Shown: positions 9,527 to 20,071, numbered from the stretch's first letter. The stretch: 64,000 nt of DNA from an uncultured Acidimicrobiia bacterium (GCA_963792895.1 CAWBYA010000004.1:162069-226068); one strand, 5' to 3'. A program made the numbers and translations. Notes: a model not told the origin generated them from the sequence alone.

Positions 9527-11107
9527 CTACCCGAGCGCCCTGTGGAGGAAGGCGGCCATCTGGGCGCGGGTGACGGGTGCGTTCGGGCAGTAGTGGTCGT
9601 TGATGGGCGGGTTGCAGCCTTTGGTGACGCCTGCTGTGGCGAGTTTGTCGATGTCGGTTTCGAAGATGGAGGTGTTGTCGTCGACGAAGAGATTGCCGCC
9701 GCCGGTGTCGGTGTAGTCGAGGGCTCGCACCAAGAAGGCGGCCATCTGGGCGCGGGTGACGGGTGCGTTCGGGCAGTAGTGGTCGTTGATGGGCGGGTTG
9801 CAGCCTTTGGTGACGCCTGCTGTGGCGAGTTTGTCGATGTCGGTTTCGAAGATGGAGGTGTTGTCGTCGACGAAGAGATTGCCGCCGCCGGTGTCGGTGT
9901 AGTCGAGGGCTCGCACCAAGAACGCAGCCATCTGCGCACGAGACACCGGATCATCGGGACAGAAGAGATCGTTGGCGGGCGGGTTGCAGCCCTTCGTGAT
10001 CTCCTCCTGAGAGAGCCAGAGGATGTCTGCGTAGAAGAGGTCCGCCTCGTCGACGTCGGTGAAGCCGTCGATGCCGGGGTCGGGTGGGGTGCCCCCGCCC
10101 CCTCCTCCGAGACCACCGTAGAACGGGTCATCCGCCATCGCGACGAAAGCATCGAGGGCCGGCTCGCTGGTGTCGATCTTCCAGAAGCAATTCGGGTAGG
10201 AGGGGTCGTCGAAGTGAAACCACATGAGCGCAACGAACTGCTCCCAGCCTGGCTTCTTGAACAGCGCCGCGGCTTCGGCGATCCATGCCGCCTTGGCGGC
10301 ACCCCCGTCGCCGGCGATCTCGGTCGATGCCCACTCGCCGAGAACGAGCCCCTTGTCCGGATGCGCCTGGCCCCACACTCGTTGGGCATCGATGACGTCC
10401 TCGAGCGGCTGCCATGGGTCGGTATCGTTGCCCTTGCAGTTGTCCCAGTTGTAGGCATCGGAGGCGATGTGGTCGACGACGTCATCGCCCGGATACCAGT
10501 TGTCGACATGCCGCGGGTCCGACGGATCCGTCGCAAAGCTCCAGTAGGTCATCACCCACGTGTAGCTGACGTTGGAGAGCCCGCGCGCTTGGAACTCTCC
10601 GATGAAGCGCCGCCAGGCATCGATGAAGTCCTCGGAGGCGCCATGCACCGAGTTCGAGGACGACTCCGGCTCGTGGTGGAATGCGAACCAGACCTCGCCG
10701 TCGAATGCCTCGATGCGGTCCACCCATTCCGTCATCTCGTTCGCAAGCGTCGACCCGGGCGGGGCGTCTGCGATGTCGCGCCACGGGATGACGGTTCCGT
10801 CGGCCAGCTTTGGCTTCACCGAGATGAGCATCACACGGTCGCTGTCCTCGATCTCGTCGAGGTAGCGCGAAGACCAGTCCGAGTCCCACGGCTCGTAGAC
10901 GCGGACGATGTCGAGTGGACGTCCGAGCGTCTCTTCCATGTCGAGCAAGGGCCCGAGACTGCTGCCCGTCTCGTCGATGCCGGGGTTGGCCCCGAACATC
11001 ACCGAGCCGGCTGCCGAGCTCTGGGGCGAGCCGGTCAGCGTCGCCGCGACTACTCCCGCCGCAACGGCCACGAGCAGCATGCGCCATCGAGAAGTGAGGG
11101 GTGACAT
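9527..11107 (-). CDS. Secreted GH26-like glycoside hydrolase with three C-terminal SLH-like modules
   Basis: Signal peptide; FHHEPE and LGEWAS (GH26-like catalytic Glu); Gly/Pro linker; three modules ending VTRAQMAAFLxRAL. Confidence 0.8.
   Translation of the reverse strand: MSPLTSRWRMLLVAVAAGVVAATLTGSPQSSAAGSVMFGANPGIDETGSSLGPLLDMEETLGRPLDIVRVYEPWDSDWSSRYLDEIEDSDRVMLISVKPKLADGTVIPWRDIADAPPGSTLANEMTEWVDRIEAFDGEVWFAFHHEPESSSNSVHGASEDFIDAWRRFIGEFQARGLSNVSYTWVMTYWSFATDPSDPRHVDNWYPGDDVVDHIASDAYNWDNCKGNDTDPWQPLEDVIDAQRVWGQAHPDKGLVLGEWASTEIAGDGGAAKAAWIAEAAALFKKPGWEQFVALMWFHFDDPSYPNCFWKIDTSEPALDAFVAMADDPFYGGLGGGGGGTPPDPGIDGFTDVDEADLFYADILWLSQEEITKGCNPPANDLFCPDDPVSRAQMAAFLVRALDYTDTGGGNLFVDDNTSIFETDIDKLATAGVTKGCNPPINDHYCPNAPVTRAQMAAFLVRALDYTDTGGGNLFVDDNTSIFETDIDKLATAGVTKGCNPPINDHYCPNAPVTRAQMAAFLHRALG
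9548..9922. repeat. Perfect 186-bp tandem duplication (two identical 62-aa SLH-like modules)
   Basis: 9548-9733 and 9734-9919 read identical base by base. Confidence 0.95.
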
Positions 11108-11197
11108 CTGACGTCTCTCCCGCGTGGGCAGACCTGGGCCCCGGTCGAGGTTACGCCAGATCGGATTCTGTGCCACGTGGCGTCGCACACAGCACCG

Positions 11198-11797
11198 TCA
11201 CGATTCGGTGTCCCACCGTTCCTCGTGAACGACGTGGCGCTTCGGCCTCTTGCCGCGTGCCAGCGAACCGGAGCGCCGATCGGGCGCAGCGTGGCCGATC
11301 GTGACGATGCCGATGGCGCTGACATGCGTGGGTATGCGGAGGGCGGCCTCGACTTCGGGCATCGCGTGGGCGCCGAGGAAGCCGGCTGCCAGCCCTTCGT
11401 CGACGGCAGCGAGCAGGAGCACCATCATCGCTGCGCCTGCGTCGACCCACCAGTAGGGCACGGGCCATTCCATCTCCGTCCCATCTCCGCTCTTGTCCGG
11501 CTCCCGGTAGCGTTCGCGATAGAGCGACTCGCTGACGCACACGACCACGTGAACCGGCGCACGAGAGATCCACGGATCGAAGCCCTTGGCGATGTAGTCC
11601 TGCTCGCCTGCCAGGTCTGCGATACGGCGCCGCATGTCTGGGTCCCGAACGACGACGAACGACTGGCCTTGACTGAAGCCGGCGGATGGGGCACGCCGTG
11701 CGGCATCGAGCATGCGGTCAACGGCATCGGGGTCGACCGGCTCGTCGGTGTAGTTGCGCACCATACGCCTGCGGCGCACGACGTCACGGAACTCCAT
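11198..11797 (-). CDS. Nitroreductase family protein
   Basis: VRRRRMVRNY, APSAGFSQ, DAGAA, EGLAAGFLG; ATG 11797 overlaps the pntB stop (TGATG). Confidence 0.85.
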   Translation of the reverse strand: MEFRDVVRRRRMVRNYTDEPVDPDAVDRMLDAARRAPSAGFSQGQSFVVVRDPDMRRRIADLAGEQDYIAKGFDPWISRAPVHVVVCVSESLYRERYREPDKSGDGTEMEWPVPYWWVDAGAAMMVLLLAAVDEGLAAGFLGAHAMPEVEAALRIPTHVSAIGIVTIGHAAPDRRSGSLARGKRPKRHVVHEERWDTES

Positions 11798-13155
11798 CAG
11801 ACGTCGTCGAGTGCGGCAATGATCGATTCGACGGCGTCCTTGCCGTCGGCGAACAGCATCATCGTGTTGTCCTCGTAGAACAGCGGGTTGTCGATGCCGG
11901 CGAATCCGGGCGAGAGGGATCGCTTCACGACGACAACCGTTCGCGCCTTGTCGACTTCGAGAATCGGCATACCGTAGATCGGGCTCGTCGAGTCGTCGCG
12001 GGCCGAGGGGTTGACCACGTCGTTGGCGCCGATGATCAATACGACGTCGGTCCGCGGGAATTTCGGATTGGAGTGATCCAGATCGAAGAGCTGCTCGTAG
12101 GGCACATCGGCTTCTGCGAGCAGGACGTTCATGTGCCCTGGCATCCGTCCCGCCACGGGATGGATGGCATACCCCACCTCGACATCGCGCGCTTCCAACT
12201 CGTTGGCGAGCGCTCGTACTGCATGCTGGGCCTGCGCAACGGCAAGGCCATAGCCGGGTACGACGATCACCTTGCCGGCGTAGGCGAGGGCGATGGCGAC
12301 GTCGTCCGGGGTCGCACGATTCACCGGCCGGGTGCCGATCTCGCCCACGGGCCCGCCGCCGCCGCCAAACCGAGCGAAGAGCACGTTGCCGATGGAGCGG
12401 TTCATCGCTTCGGCCATCTGCAGGGTGAGGATGAGGCCCGCAGCGCCGACCAGCGCTCCACCGATGATCAGGGCCGAATTGGCGATGACGAATCCGGCCA
12501 TCGACGCAGCGACACCGGACAGCGAGTTGAGCAGAGAGATCACGACGGGCATGTCGGCGCCACCGATCGGAAGCACGGCGAGCACCCCGAGCACAGATGC
12601 GAGCAGGACGATCAGCCAGTACGGGAGCGCGGTCTCGGCCGCTACCGCCCAGACACCGACGACGACGATCGCACCGGCGAGCGCTGCGTTGAGCAGGTGT
12701 CCACCCGGCAGAGCGAGCGGCTTGCCCGAGATCAACCCTTGGAGCTTTCCGAAAGCGACGAAGCTGCCGGTGAACGTGATCACCCCAATCGCAATCGACA
12801 GCACCACGGTGACCGCCGTCTCGTTTGGGAAGGCGGCGCTCGTCAGGTCGAGCTCGGCGAGGGCCACGAGGGCAGAGGCGAGACCTCCGAACCCGTTGAA
12901 AGCAGCCACGAGCTGCGGCATCGCCGTCATCTGGACCCGGAGGGCGAGAAGGGCGCCGATCGCGCCGCCTGCGACCAAACCAGCCAGGATGGTGCCCCAC
13001 GTCAGCACCTCGGTATCGACGAGCGTGACGATCACGGCCAGCAGCATGCCGCTCGCGGCGATCGTGTTGCCGCGCCGAGCGGTGCGAGGCCCCGACAGCT
13101 GTTTGAGGCCGAGGATGAACATGACGGCCGCCGTCAGGTAGAGGAGCTCCGTCAC
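11797..13155 (-). CDS. pntB: NAD(P) transhydrogenase subunit beta
   Basis: MPQLVAAFN, GGADMPVVIS, AMNRS, VPGYGLAVAQAQ, HPVAGRMPGHMNVLLAEA; GTG at 13155. Confidence 0.95.
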   Translation of the reverse strand: MTELLYLTAAVMFILGLKQLSGPRTARRGNTIAASGMLLAVIVTLVDTEVLTWGTILAGLVAGGAIGALLALRVQMTAMPQLVAAFNGFGGLASALVALAELDLTSAAFPNETAVTVVLSIAIGVITFTGSFVAFGKLQGLISGKPLALPGGHLLNAALAGAIVVVGVWAVAAETALPYWLIVLLASVLGVLAVLPIGGADMPVVISLLNSLSGVAASMAGFVIANSALIIGGALVGAAGLILTLQMAEAMNRSIGNVLFARFGGGGGPVGEIGTRPVNRATPDDVAIALAYAGKVIVVPGYGLAVAQAQHAVRALANELEARDVEVGYAIHPVAGRMPGHMNVLLAEADVPYEQLFDLDHSNPKFPRTDVVLIIGANDVVNPSARDDSTSPIYGMPILEVDKARTVVVVKRSLSPGFAGIDNPLFYEDNTMMLFADGKDAVESIIAALDDV

Positions 13156-13460
13156 GGTTTGGGCTCCCGTTTCGGCGGCGGTTTGCGCTTGAACATCTCG
13201 AGCATGCGGTCGGTGACGAGGAACCCGCCGACGACGTTGATGGTGGCCGACGTGACTGCGAGGAAGCCGAGGATCGTTGCCGTGGCGCCCGACCCGATGC
13301 CTGCTGCGACGAGCGCCCCGACGATCGTGATGCCGGAGATCGCGTTGGCTCCTGACATCAGCGGTGTGTGGAGCGTCGGCGGCACCTTCGAGATCACCTC
13401 GAGGCCGACGAAGGCGGCGAGGACGAACACGACGATGCCGGAGATGAAGACGTCGCTCAC
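13152..13460 (-). CDS. pntAB: NAD(P) transhydrogenase subunit alpha part 2
   Basis: VPPTLHTPLMSGANAISG, NVVGGFLVTDRML. Confidence 0.93.
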   Translation of the reverse strand: MSDVFISGIVVFVLAAFVGLEVISKVPPTLHTPLMSGANAISGITIVGALVAAGIGSGATATILGFLAVTSATINVVGGFLVTDRMLEMFKRKPPPKREPKP

Positions 13461-14581
13461 GAGGCGCCTCCGATGAGGTCGATGGTCCGGGGGTGGCGGG
13501 CCTCGCCGCCGGCAACGACTGCGCACTCGCCGACGATCTCGTCCTCGAGATCCACCACGAGCTCACCCGACTCCTTGTCGCGCATCCGCTGGAGCAGGGA
13601 CATGAGATTGCGGGCGTACATGCGGCTGGCATCGGCCGGGAACATGCCCGCCAGGTTGGTGGGGCCGTGGATGGCCACACCGTCGACGTCGACGACCTCG
13701 TCGGGGCGGGAGAGGGCAACATTGCCTCCGGTGGCCGCCGCCATGTCGACGATGACCGACCCGGGGTGCATCGAACGCACCATCTCCTCGGTGACCAGCA
13801 GGGGAGCTTGCCGGCCGGGGATCTGTGCGGTGGTCACGATCATGTCGGCTTCTGCGACGAACGGGGCAAGAGCCGCGTGTTGTTGGGCCTGGGTGTCGGC
13901 GCCGACCTCTCGGGCATACCCTCCCTCATCCGCTGCAGTGGTCACCGCCTCGATGAACTTGGCGCCGAGACTCTCCACCTGCTCCCTCGTCTCGACCCGG
14001 ATGTCGTAGGCGTGGACAACGGCGCCGAGCCTCTTGGCCGTGGCGATTGCCTGCAGACCGGCGACACCGACGCCGAGGATCAGCGCCCGTGACGGCGGGA
14101 TGGTTCCCGCTGCCGTCACCATCATCGGCAGCAGCTTCGGCGTGGCCGTTGCCGCGAGCAGCACGGCGGCATAGCCGGCGATGTTCGCCTGCGACGAGAG
14201 AGCGTCCATGGCCTGGGCGAGGGTTGTTCTCGGGATGGCCTCAACGGCGAGTGCGGTCAGCTTGCGATCGAGCGCCGCCTGCATGATGTCTCGGGAGAGG
14301 AACGGGTCGAGGAAGCCGGCAACGATGGTGCCTTCCCCCATGGCGAGAAGCTCGGCAGGGTCGGGTGGGCCGACGCGCAGCACGAGATCGGCCGTTGCCG
14401 CACCGGCGTCGATTGTGGCTCCGGCTGCGGAGTAGAGGGAGTCCGGGTAGCCGGCCGCGGTGCCTGCATCCGGTTCTACTACGACGTCCCAGCCCCAGCC
14501 CACGTATGTCTTGACGACGTCGGGGACTGCAGCGACACGGTGTTCGCCGGCGGCCTGCTCACGTGGGATCCCAATCCGCAT
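13457..14581 (-). CDS. pntAA: NAD(P) transhydrogenase subunit alpha part 1
   Basis: MRIGIPRE, AMDALSSQANIAGY, GVGVAGLQAIATA, TAQIPGRQAP; ATG at 14581. Confidence 0.95.
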   Translation of the reverse strand: MRIGIPREQAAGEHRVAAVPDVVKTYVGWGWDVVVEPDAGTAAGYPDSLYSAAGATIDAGAATADLVLRVGPPDPAELLAMGEGTIVAGFLDPFLSRDIMQAALDRKLTALAVEAIPRTTLAQAMDALSSQANIAGYAAVLLAATATPKLLPMMVTAAGTIPPSRALILGVGVAGLQAIATAKRLGAVVHAYDIRVETREQVESLGAKFIEAVTTAADEGGYAREVGADTQAQQHAALAPFVAEADMIVTTAQIPGRQAPLLVTEEMVRSMHPGSVIVDMAAATGGNVALSRPDEVVDVDGVAIHGPTNLAGMFPADASRMYARNLMSLLQRMRDKESGELVVDLEDEIVGECAVVAGGEARHPRTIDLIGGAS

Positions 14582-14633
14582 CAGCGGCACGCTACCAGGG
14601 CGCAACAGGGCCTCGGTTTCGTAGACTCGACGT

Positions 14634-14905
14634 GTGGACCAGCCCGTCGTACCCGGGATCGAGAGCATCCGGGCTGTAGCCCTCGGGATCGCCGTTGCCC
14701 TCGCGCGATGGCGGAGCGTGTCGCCGAGGCCGAGAGGGTCAATGCCGCTGCGGCGCTCGGGGGAGCGCCGTTCGAGCAGCTCATGGAACTGCGGTCGGCG
14801 CTCGTCGCCACGCGTAACAGGTGGGAGCAGCTCGAGGACCGCACGCTCGTCCGCGACGGCGGGCGGGCGCTCTCCGCCGCCAAACGGCTCGCCATCGACA
14901 TCTGA
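14634..14905 (+). CDS. Small hypothetical protein, possibly frameshifted near 14706
   Basis: Hydrophobic start (AVALGIAVAL) in one frame, helical AERVAEAER...LAIDI in the next; weak support. Confidence 0.35.
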
Positions 14906-15096
14906 CGAGTCTGGCGCGGGACGGGGCGGCGGCGGCCACAGCGTCCATTGAGGGGGAATCGGACTTGGGGTCCATGGCCGCCGCCGGGGTCTGAGAGCCT
15001 TGCGAGCGTCCCGGACTCGCCCACCATTGAGACACAGTCGCCGACCGGGAGTTCCCGAGTTTTCCGCTACCTTCAGGGGAACTCGATGGGGGTTCG

Positions 15097-15648
15097 TTGG
15101 GTCGTACTGACACGAGGTGGCAGGATTTCTCCGACGCTGAGCTGGTCACGGCGTGCCGTGCGGATGTTGCAGCGTTTGGCGAGATCGTCCGCCGCCACCA
15201 GGACTTCGTGTACGGAGCTGCGCTGCGTGTGGTGAGAAACCCGACTATCGCTGAGGATCTTGCTCAAGAAGCCTTCGTTCGGGCGTACAAGGCGCTGCCC
15301 GAGTTTCGTCAGGAATCGCAGGTGCGCTCGTGGATCTATCGCATCGTCACCAACCTCGCCCTCAATTCGGTGACAAGGACCCGCGAGGTCGCTCACGTCG
15401 AGGTTCCCGAGCACCGCGCCGCGCCGAGCGCCGAGCATCGGGCGCATGACGCTCTCTTGCGCGAGGAGATCGACCGCGCCGTCGCCGAGCTGAAGGACGA
15501 GCTCCGGATCCCACTCGTGATGCGCGAGTACGACGGGATGTCGTACCAAGAGATCGCGGATGCGACGGGGCTGCCGCTCAACACGGTCCGCACCCGAATA
15601 CTGCGCGCCCGGCGCGCGCTGCGGTCCGTGATGGAGGCGTGGCGATGA
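15097..15648 (+). CDS. ECF RNA polymerase sigma factor
   Basis: AEDLAQEAF, SWIYRIVTN, region 4 SYQEIA..TGLPLNTVRTRILRAR. Confidence 0.92.
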   Translation: MGRTDTRWQDFSDAELVTACRADVAAFGEIVRRHQDFVYGAALRVVRNPTIAEDLAQEAFVRAYKALPEFRQESQVRSWIYRIVTNLALNSVTRTREVAHVEVPEHRAAPSAEHRAHDALLREEIDRAVAELKDELRIPLVMREYDGMSYQEIADATGLPLNTVRTRILRARRALRSVMEAWR

Positions 15649-15950
15649 GGGACTGCGGCATCAGCAACGACCGCCTTTTCGCATTCGTCGACGGCATCGA
15701 CGAGACGCTCGACGAGCACGTTGCGGGGTGCGAGGAGTGCCAAGCATTCCTCGCGGAGCTGTGGATCGGCGAAGCGCCCCGCGATCTCGCCGAACCGGTG
15801 ATGCGACAGATCCGCTTCGACGAGTTCCTGGTGGCCGCGGCCAAGCTGGGGGTGGATGTCGTTTCGGCAATGGGGAGGGCCCTGGTTGCGCTTGGATTCG
15901 ATGCGGAGGACCCAGGCGGTAGCCTGCCGCCGACTGGAGGGGAACGATGA
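15645..15950 (+). CDS. Putative zinc-binding anti-sigma factor
   Basis: HxxxCxxC (HVAGCEEC); ATGA overlap with the sigma gene stop. Confidence 0.7.
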   Translation: MRDCGISNDRLFAFVDGIDETLDEHVAGCEECQAFLAELWIGEAPRDLAEPVMRQIRFDEFLVAAAKLGVDVVSAMGRALVALGFDAEDPGGSLPPTGGER

Positions 15951-16645
15951 GCGACGACCTGATGAGCCGGCTGATCACCGCAGGAGCGGTCATCGCTGTT
16001 GCAGTGCTGGTGTGGGTGGCCGGTCGATTCCTGAAGCGCAAGCTGCCGGAGCAGTGGGGGAACCTCGTCGGACAGCTGGTGCCGGTTCTGGTCACCGCGG
16101 TGGTGGTCGTCGGCGCCCTGGTGGTGATCGACCCTGCACAGGCGGATCAGCTCCTCCAATCCGTGATTCAATCGGTTCCCAAGGTGATGATCGCGGTGGT
16201 CGTGGTGATCATCGCTCGCGCCCTCGGGCGTATCGTCGGTTTGTTCGCCGAGGCGGGGTTGCGACCGGTGTCCGCCGTCCTCGCCGGGAGGGCCAGGCTG
16301 CTCGTCTCGGGTCTCATCACCGGCGTGGGCCTCGTTATCGCCATGCAGCAACTCGGGGTGTCGGCGGACATCATCCTGATCCTCGTCGCCGCCCTCGCGT
16401 TCGGTACCGCCGTTGCGGCGGCGCTGGGCATCGGGCTCGGGAGCGTGCCGCTCGCCCGCCAGGTTGCAGCAGGCCGGCATGTCGCTGGCCGCTATTCGCC
16501 GGGCGAGCGGGTCCAGGTCGGCGACGTCACCGGTACCCTCGTCGAGATCGGCCTCGTCAGCTCGCGGATCGAAGTAGCAGATGGGCGCGCCGTCGACGTC
16601 CCGAACGCCGACTTCATCGAGGCCACGATCGCCGTCGACCGCTGA
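15947..16645 (+). CDS. Short MscS-family mechanosensitive channel domain protein
   Basis: Several TMs, LQQLG-like MQQLGV, AGRHV...PGERVQVGDVTG..VEIG, VDVPN. Confidence 0.75.
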   Translation: MSDDLMSRLITAGAVIAVAVLVWVAGRFLKRKLPEQWGNLVGQLVPVLVTAVVVVGALVVIDPAQADQLLQSVIQSVPKVMIAVVVVIIARALGRIVGLFAEAGLRPVSAVLAGRARLLVSGLITGVGLVIAMQQLGVSADIILILVAALAFGTAVAAALGIGLGSVPLARQVAAGRHVAGRYSPGERVQVGDVTGTLVEIGLVSSRIEVADGRAVDVPNADFIEATIAVDR

Positions 16646-16657
16646 GAACGACGGCGA

Positions 16658-17089
16658 TCAGTTGCCGACTGCGGCGGGGCTGGCCGCCCAGCCAACCCAC
16701 CGTGTGACGGTCATCCGGATCAGCGGTCCCGCCGGGTCCCGGCCCTCGTATTGGACGTAGCGGGCCCCCAGTGCGGCGGCGGCTGCAGCCATGAGCGCAG
16801 GATCCGACGTCACGTCGGCAGTGACGTCGGCTCGCACCCACCACAGGCGGTCCCAGTCATCGGTGTAGTGGTCGGCGAGCAGTGCCGCCCGGCGATCGTC
16901 CTCGAGGTTTGCCAGCCGTTGCAGGTCTCGGCTGCGCTTGGGCTTGTGGTCGACCATGGAGACGATCGCGTCGCCATCGAATGCGTACACGAGCGGCACG
17001 ATGTGGGGTCCGGTCGCACCTGTCGTCGCGAGGCGGGCTACCCGCGATTCGCCGAACAGGCGACGGCACGTCGCGTCATCGAGGTTCAC
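16658..17089 (-). CDS. PPOX-class F420-dependent oxidoreductase (TIGR03668-like)
   Basis: RVARLAT, PHIVP, VDHKPK, LQRLANL, DHYTDDWDRLWWVRADV; GTG at 17089. Confidence 0.85.
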   Translation of the reverse strand: MNLDDATCRRLFGESRVARLATTGATGPHIVPLVYAFDGDAIVSMVDHKPKRSRDLQRLANLEDDRRAALLADHYTDDWDRLWWVRADVTADVTSDPALMAAAAAALGARYVQYEGRDPAGPLIRMTVTRWVGWAASPAAVGN

Positions 17090-18540
17090 GCCTCGTACGA
17101 GCCGGCGGACGTTGCGCCGCCGGTCCCGGTCCAGTTCGTATGGAAGAACTCGCCACGCGGTCGATCGACACGCTCGTACGTGTGCGCTCCGAAGTAGTCG
17201 CGTTGTGCCTGGATGAGGTTGGCCGGGAGCCGCCCCGACCGGTAGGCGTCGTAGAACGCGAGCGCCGCCGAGTACGCCGGAGCTGGGATGCCTGCTCGAA
17301 CGGCCCGCACGACCGTACGACGCCATCCCGGTTCCGCCCGTGCGATCTCCTCGGCGAAGAAGGGGTCGAGCAAGAGGCTCGGCAAGTCGGGGGAGCGGCG
17401 GAACGCGGCGGTGATGTCGTTGAGGAAACGGGAGCGAATGATGCATCCGGCCCGCCACAGACCGGCGATCGTGCCGAGATCGAGCTGCCAGTCGTGGTCG
17501 TCCGAAGCCGCGGCCATCAGCATGAAACCCTGGGCGTACGAGACGATCTTGGATGCGTAGAGGGCATCGTGGAGGTCGGATATCACCTCATCGGACGGCT
17601 CGTCGAAGGGGACGACCGGAGAGCCGATCTGCTCGGCGGCCCGGTGACGCTGGTCGACGAGTGACGAGACGATCCTGGCGTACACGGCCTCGGCGATCAG
17701 CGATGTCGGCATCCCGATCAGCATCGACGAGATGACGGTCCACTTCCCGGTGCCCTTCTGGCCGGCCGCATCGAGGATCCGCTCTATCAGCGGGGTGCCG
17801 TCGTCGTCGGCGAATCCCATGATGTCCGCGGTGATCTCGATGAGGAACGAGTCGAGCGTGCCCTGGTTCCACTCGGTGAACACGGGCGCCAACTCCGGCG
17901 TCGCGATGCCCGCGCCGCGACGTAGCAGGTCGTAGGCCTCGGCAATGACTTGCATGTCGCCGTACTCGATGCCGTTGTGGACCATCTTGACGTAGTGGCC
18001 GGCGCCGTCGCTGCCGACCCACTCACAGCAGGGAGCGCCGTCTTCGGCCACGGCGGCGATGCCCTGGAGGATGGGGCGAACGTGGTCCCACGCCTCGTCG
18101 GAGCCCCCCGGCATGATGGAAGGTCCGTGGCGGGCACCTTCCTCTCCGCCCGAGATGCCCGTGCCGATGAACCGGAGACCTCGCTCCTCGAGCGCAGCCG
18201 ACCTGCGGATGGTGTCGGTGTACTCGGAGTTGCCGCCGTCGATGATGATGTCGCCGGGCTCGAGCAACGGTACGAGTTGGTCGATCGTGGCGTCGACCGG
18301 ATCGCCGGCCCGCACCATGAGCATGACACGCCGCGGGCGCTCGAGGGCGGCGACGAGCTCCTCGACAGAGCGGGTCCCGATGACGGAGGCGTCTGCCGCG
18401 TCGCCGGCGACGAACTCGTCGACTCGCTCCGTGGTGCGGTTGTAGGCCGCCACGGTGAAGCCGTGGTCGGCCATGTTGAGGATCAGGTTGCGGCCCATGA
18501 CGGCCAACCCGACGACGCCGATGTGTGCTTGCGGCTCCAT
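17086..18540 (-). CDS. gnd: 6-phosphogluconate dehydrogenase, decarboxylating
   Basis: GLAVMG, SGGEEGARHGPS, KMVHNGIEYGDMQ, GQKGTGKW, QAQRDYFGAHTY. Confidence 0.97.
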   Translation of the reverse strand: MEPQAHIGVVGLAVMGRNLILNMADHGFTVAAYNRTTERVDEFVAGDAADASVIGTRSVEELVAALERPRRVMLMVRAGDPVDATIDQLVPLLEPGDIIIDGGNSEYTDTIRRSAALEERGLRFIGTGISGGEEGARHGPSIMPGGSDEAWDHVRPILQGIAAVAEDGAPCCEWVGSDGAGHYVKMVHNGIEYGDMQVIAEAYDLLRRGAGIATPELAPVFTEWNQGTLDSFLIEITADIMGFADDDGTPLIERILDAAGQKGTGKWTVISSMLIGMPTSLIAEAVYARIVSSLVDQRHRAAEQIGSPVVPFDEPSDEVISDLHDALYASKIVSYAQGFMLMAAASDDHDWQLDLGTIAGLWRAGCIIRSRFLNDITAAFRRSPDLPSLLLDPFFAEEIARAEPGWRRTVVRAVRAGIPAPAYSAALAFYDAYRSGRLPANLIQAQRDYFGAHTYERVDRPRGEFFHTNWTGTGGATSAGSYEA

Positions 18541-18560
18541 GTGGTCCTCTCCGCCGGGGA

Positions 18561-20071
18561 TCAGAGCTCCGGCACCTCGTCACCGTACAGCCACGCATCG
18601 AAAAGGGTGTCGAGTGGTCGTCCGCCGACCTCTTCAGCAACCTCGATGAAGTCCGTGGTCCTGGCCGTCGCCCCTCCGTAGAGGTCGACGTAGGTGCGCA
18701 GTGTTGCGAAGAATGCGGCGTCGCCGATCTCCAAGCGCAGGGCGTGAAGCACCAGGCCGCCGCGGCGATATACGGAGGCATTGAAGAGGTTGTCCGCCGG
18801 TGGAGTCCCCGGCGGCGGGAGCGCCACGGACGCCATCTGCTCCCGGTTTGCCGCCGTGATCTCATCGAGCGCCGCCGGTCCGTCCGTGTGCTCGAGCCAG
18901 AGCCACTCGGCGTAGGTGGCGAAGCCTTCGTTGAGCCAGATGTCGCCCCAATCGGCAGGGGTGACGTGGTTGCCGAACCACTGGTGGGCGAGCTCATGGA
19001 CGAGCACGAACTCGAAAATGGGCTGCGCCAGGAATCCCTGCCCAAAGAGCGACAGGGTGGAGTTCTCCAGGGCCCCAGGGAACTCGGGTACCACGGCGAT
19101 GCCGTAGAGGTCGAACGGATATGGTCCGAACACGCTCTCCAGGAAGGCCAGCATCTCCCCCTGCTCGCCGAGCGCAGGCGGCGGTGCGGCGGCGACGTCT
19201 GGCGGCAACACGTTGCGGATGACCACGCCTGCCTCGGCCGTTGCGGTCGGGTCCTCGACGACCGCAAGCGTCCCGATGACCACGGTTGCGAGATACGTCG
19301 GCATTGGCTGCGCCATCTCATAGACCCGGGTGGTGGAGCCGATGTCGGTGATGGTGTCGGTCAACGTGCCGTTGGCGATCGCGAGCAGTGGGTTGGGTGC
19401 TGTGATCCGGAACGTGAACGTGGCCTTGTCGAGCGGGTGATCGTTGCAGGGGAACCAGGTCGCAGCACCGTCCGGTTCGGCTACGACATAGCTCGTGCCG
19501 TCCGTTGCCGTGCGCCACCCCACCGCAAAGGGGACCGCCTCGCTGGCGTTGGTCGCAGGGGTACCGGTGTACTCGACCGTGACGGTGAAGGCTTCGCCCG
19601 CAGGGAGGACGGGAGCGGGGTCGATCGTGAGCTCGCGCCCCGCTCGGCTGAAGGGGGCCGCTTGCCCATCGACGAGGAGGGTGGTGACCTCGTACCCGAC
19701 GAAATCGAGGTTGAACGCGTCGAGGTCGGCGACGGCGCCGGCGTCGATCGTGGCGATGCCGGTGAGGATGCCGGTCGCAGTTTCGAAGAACAAGTCGAGC
19801 GTGTAGTGGTCGACGTCGTATCCCCCGTTGCCGAGACCGGGGTAGCGGCTGTCACCGAGGCTTGCTTGATCGCCGATGCCGGTGAGGTTCGACGGCGGCA
19901 TGGTCGTGGTGGTGGTAGTCGAGGTCGTGGTGGTGGTCGTGGTGGTGGTCTCGGGCGGGGTCGACTCGGCGATCGCGGTGGTGGGCGCACGCGCCGCCTC
20001 CCGGGCGGCGCTGCAGGCGCCGGCCGCGAGGGCGACGACGACGAGCAGAGCGAGGGAGGAGCGGGCGGTCA
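18561..20071 (-). CDS. M1-family zinc aminopeptidase, lipoprotein
   Basis: Lipobox AGAC, poly-Thr linker, GALEN, HELAH-x18-E, YRRG; GTG at 20071. Confidence 0.88.

Noticed and set aside
19902-19950. (GTG/GTC)n low-complexity run
   Set aside because: Encodes the ordinary poly-Thr linker of the lipoprotein aminopeptidase.
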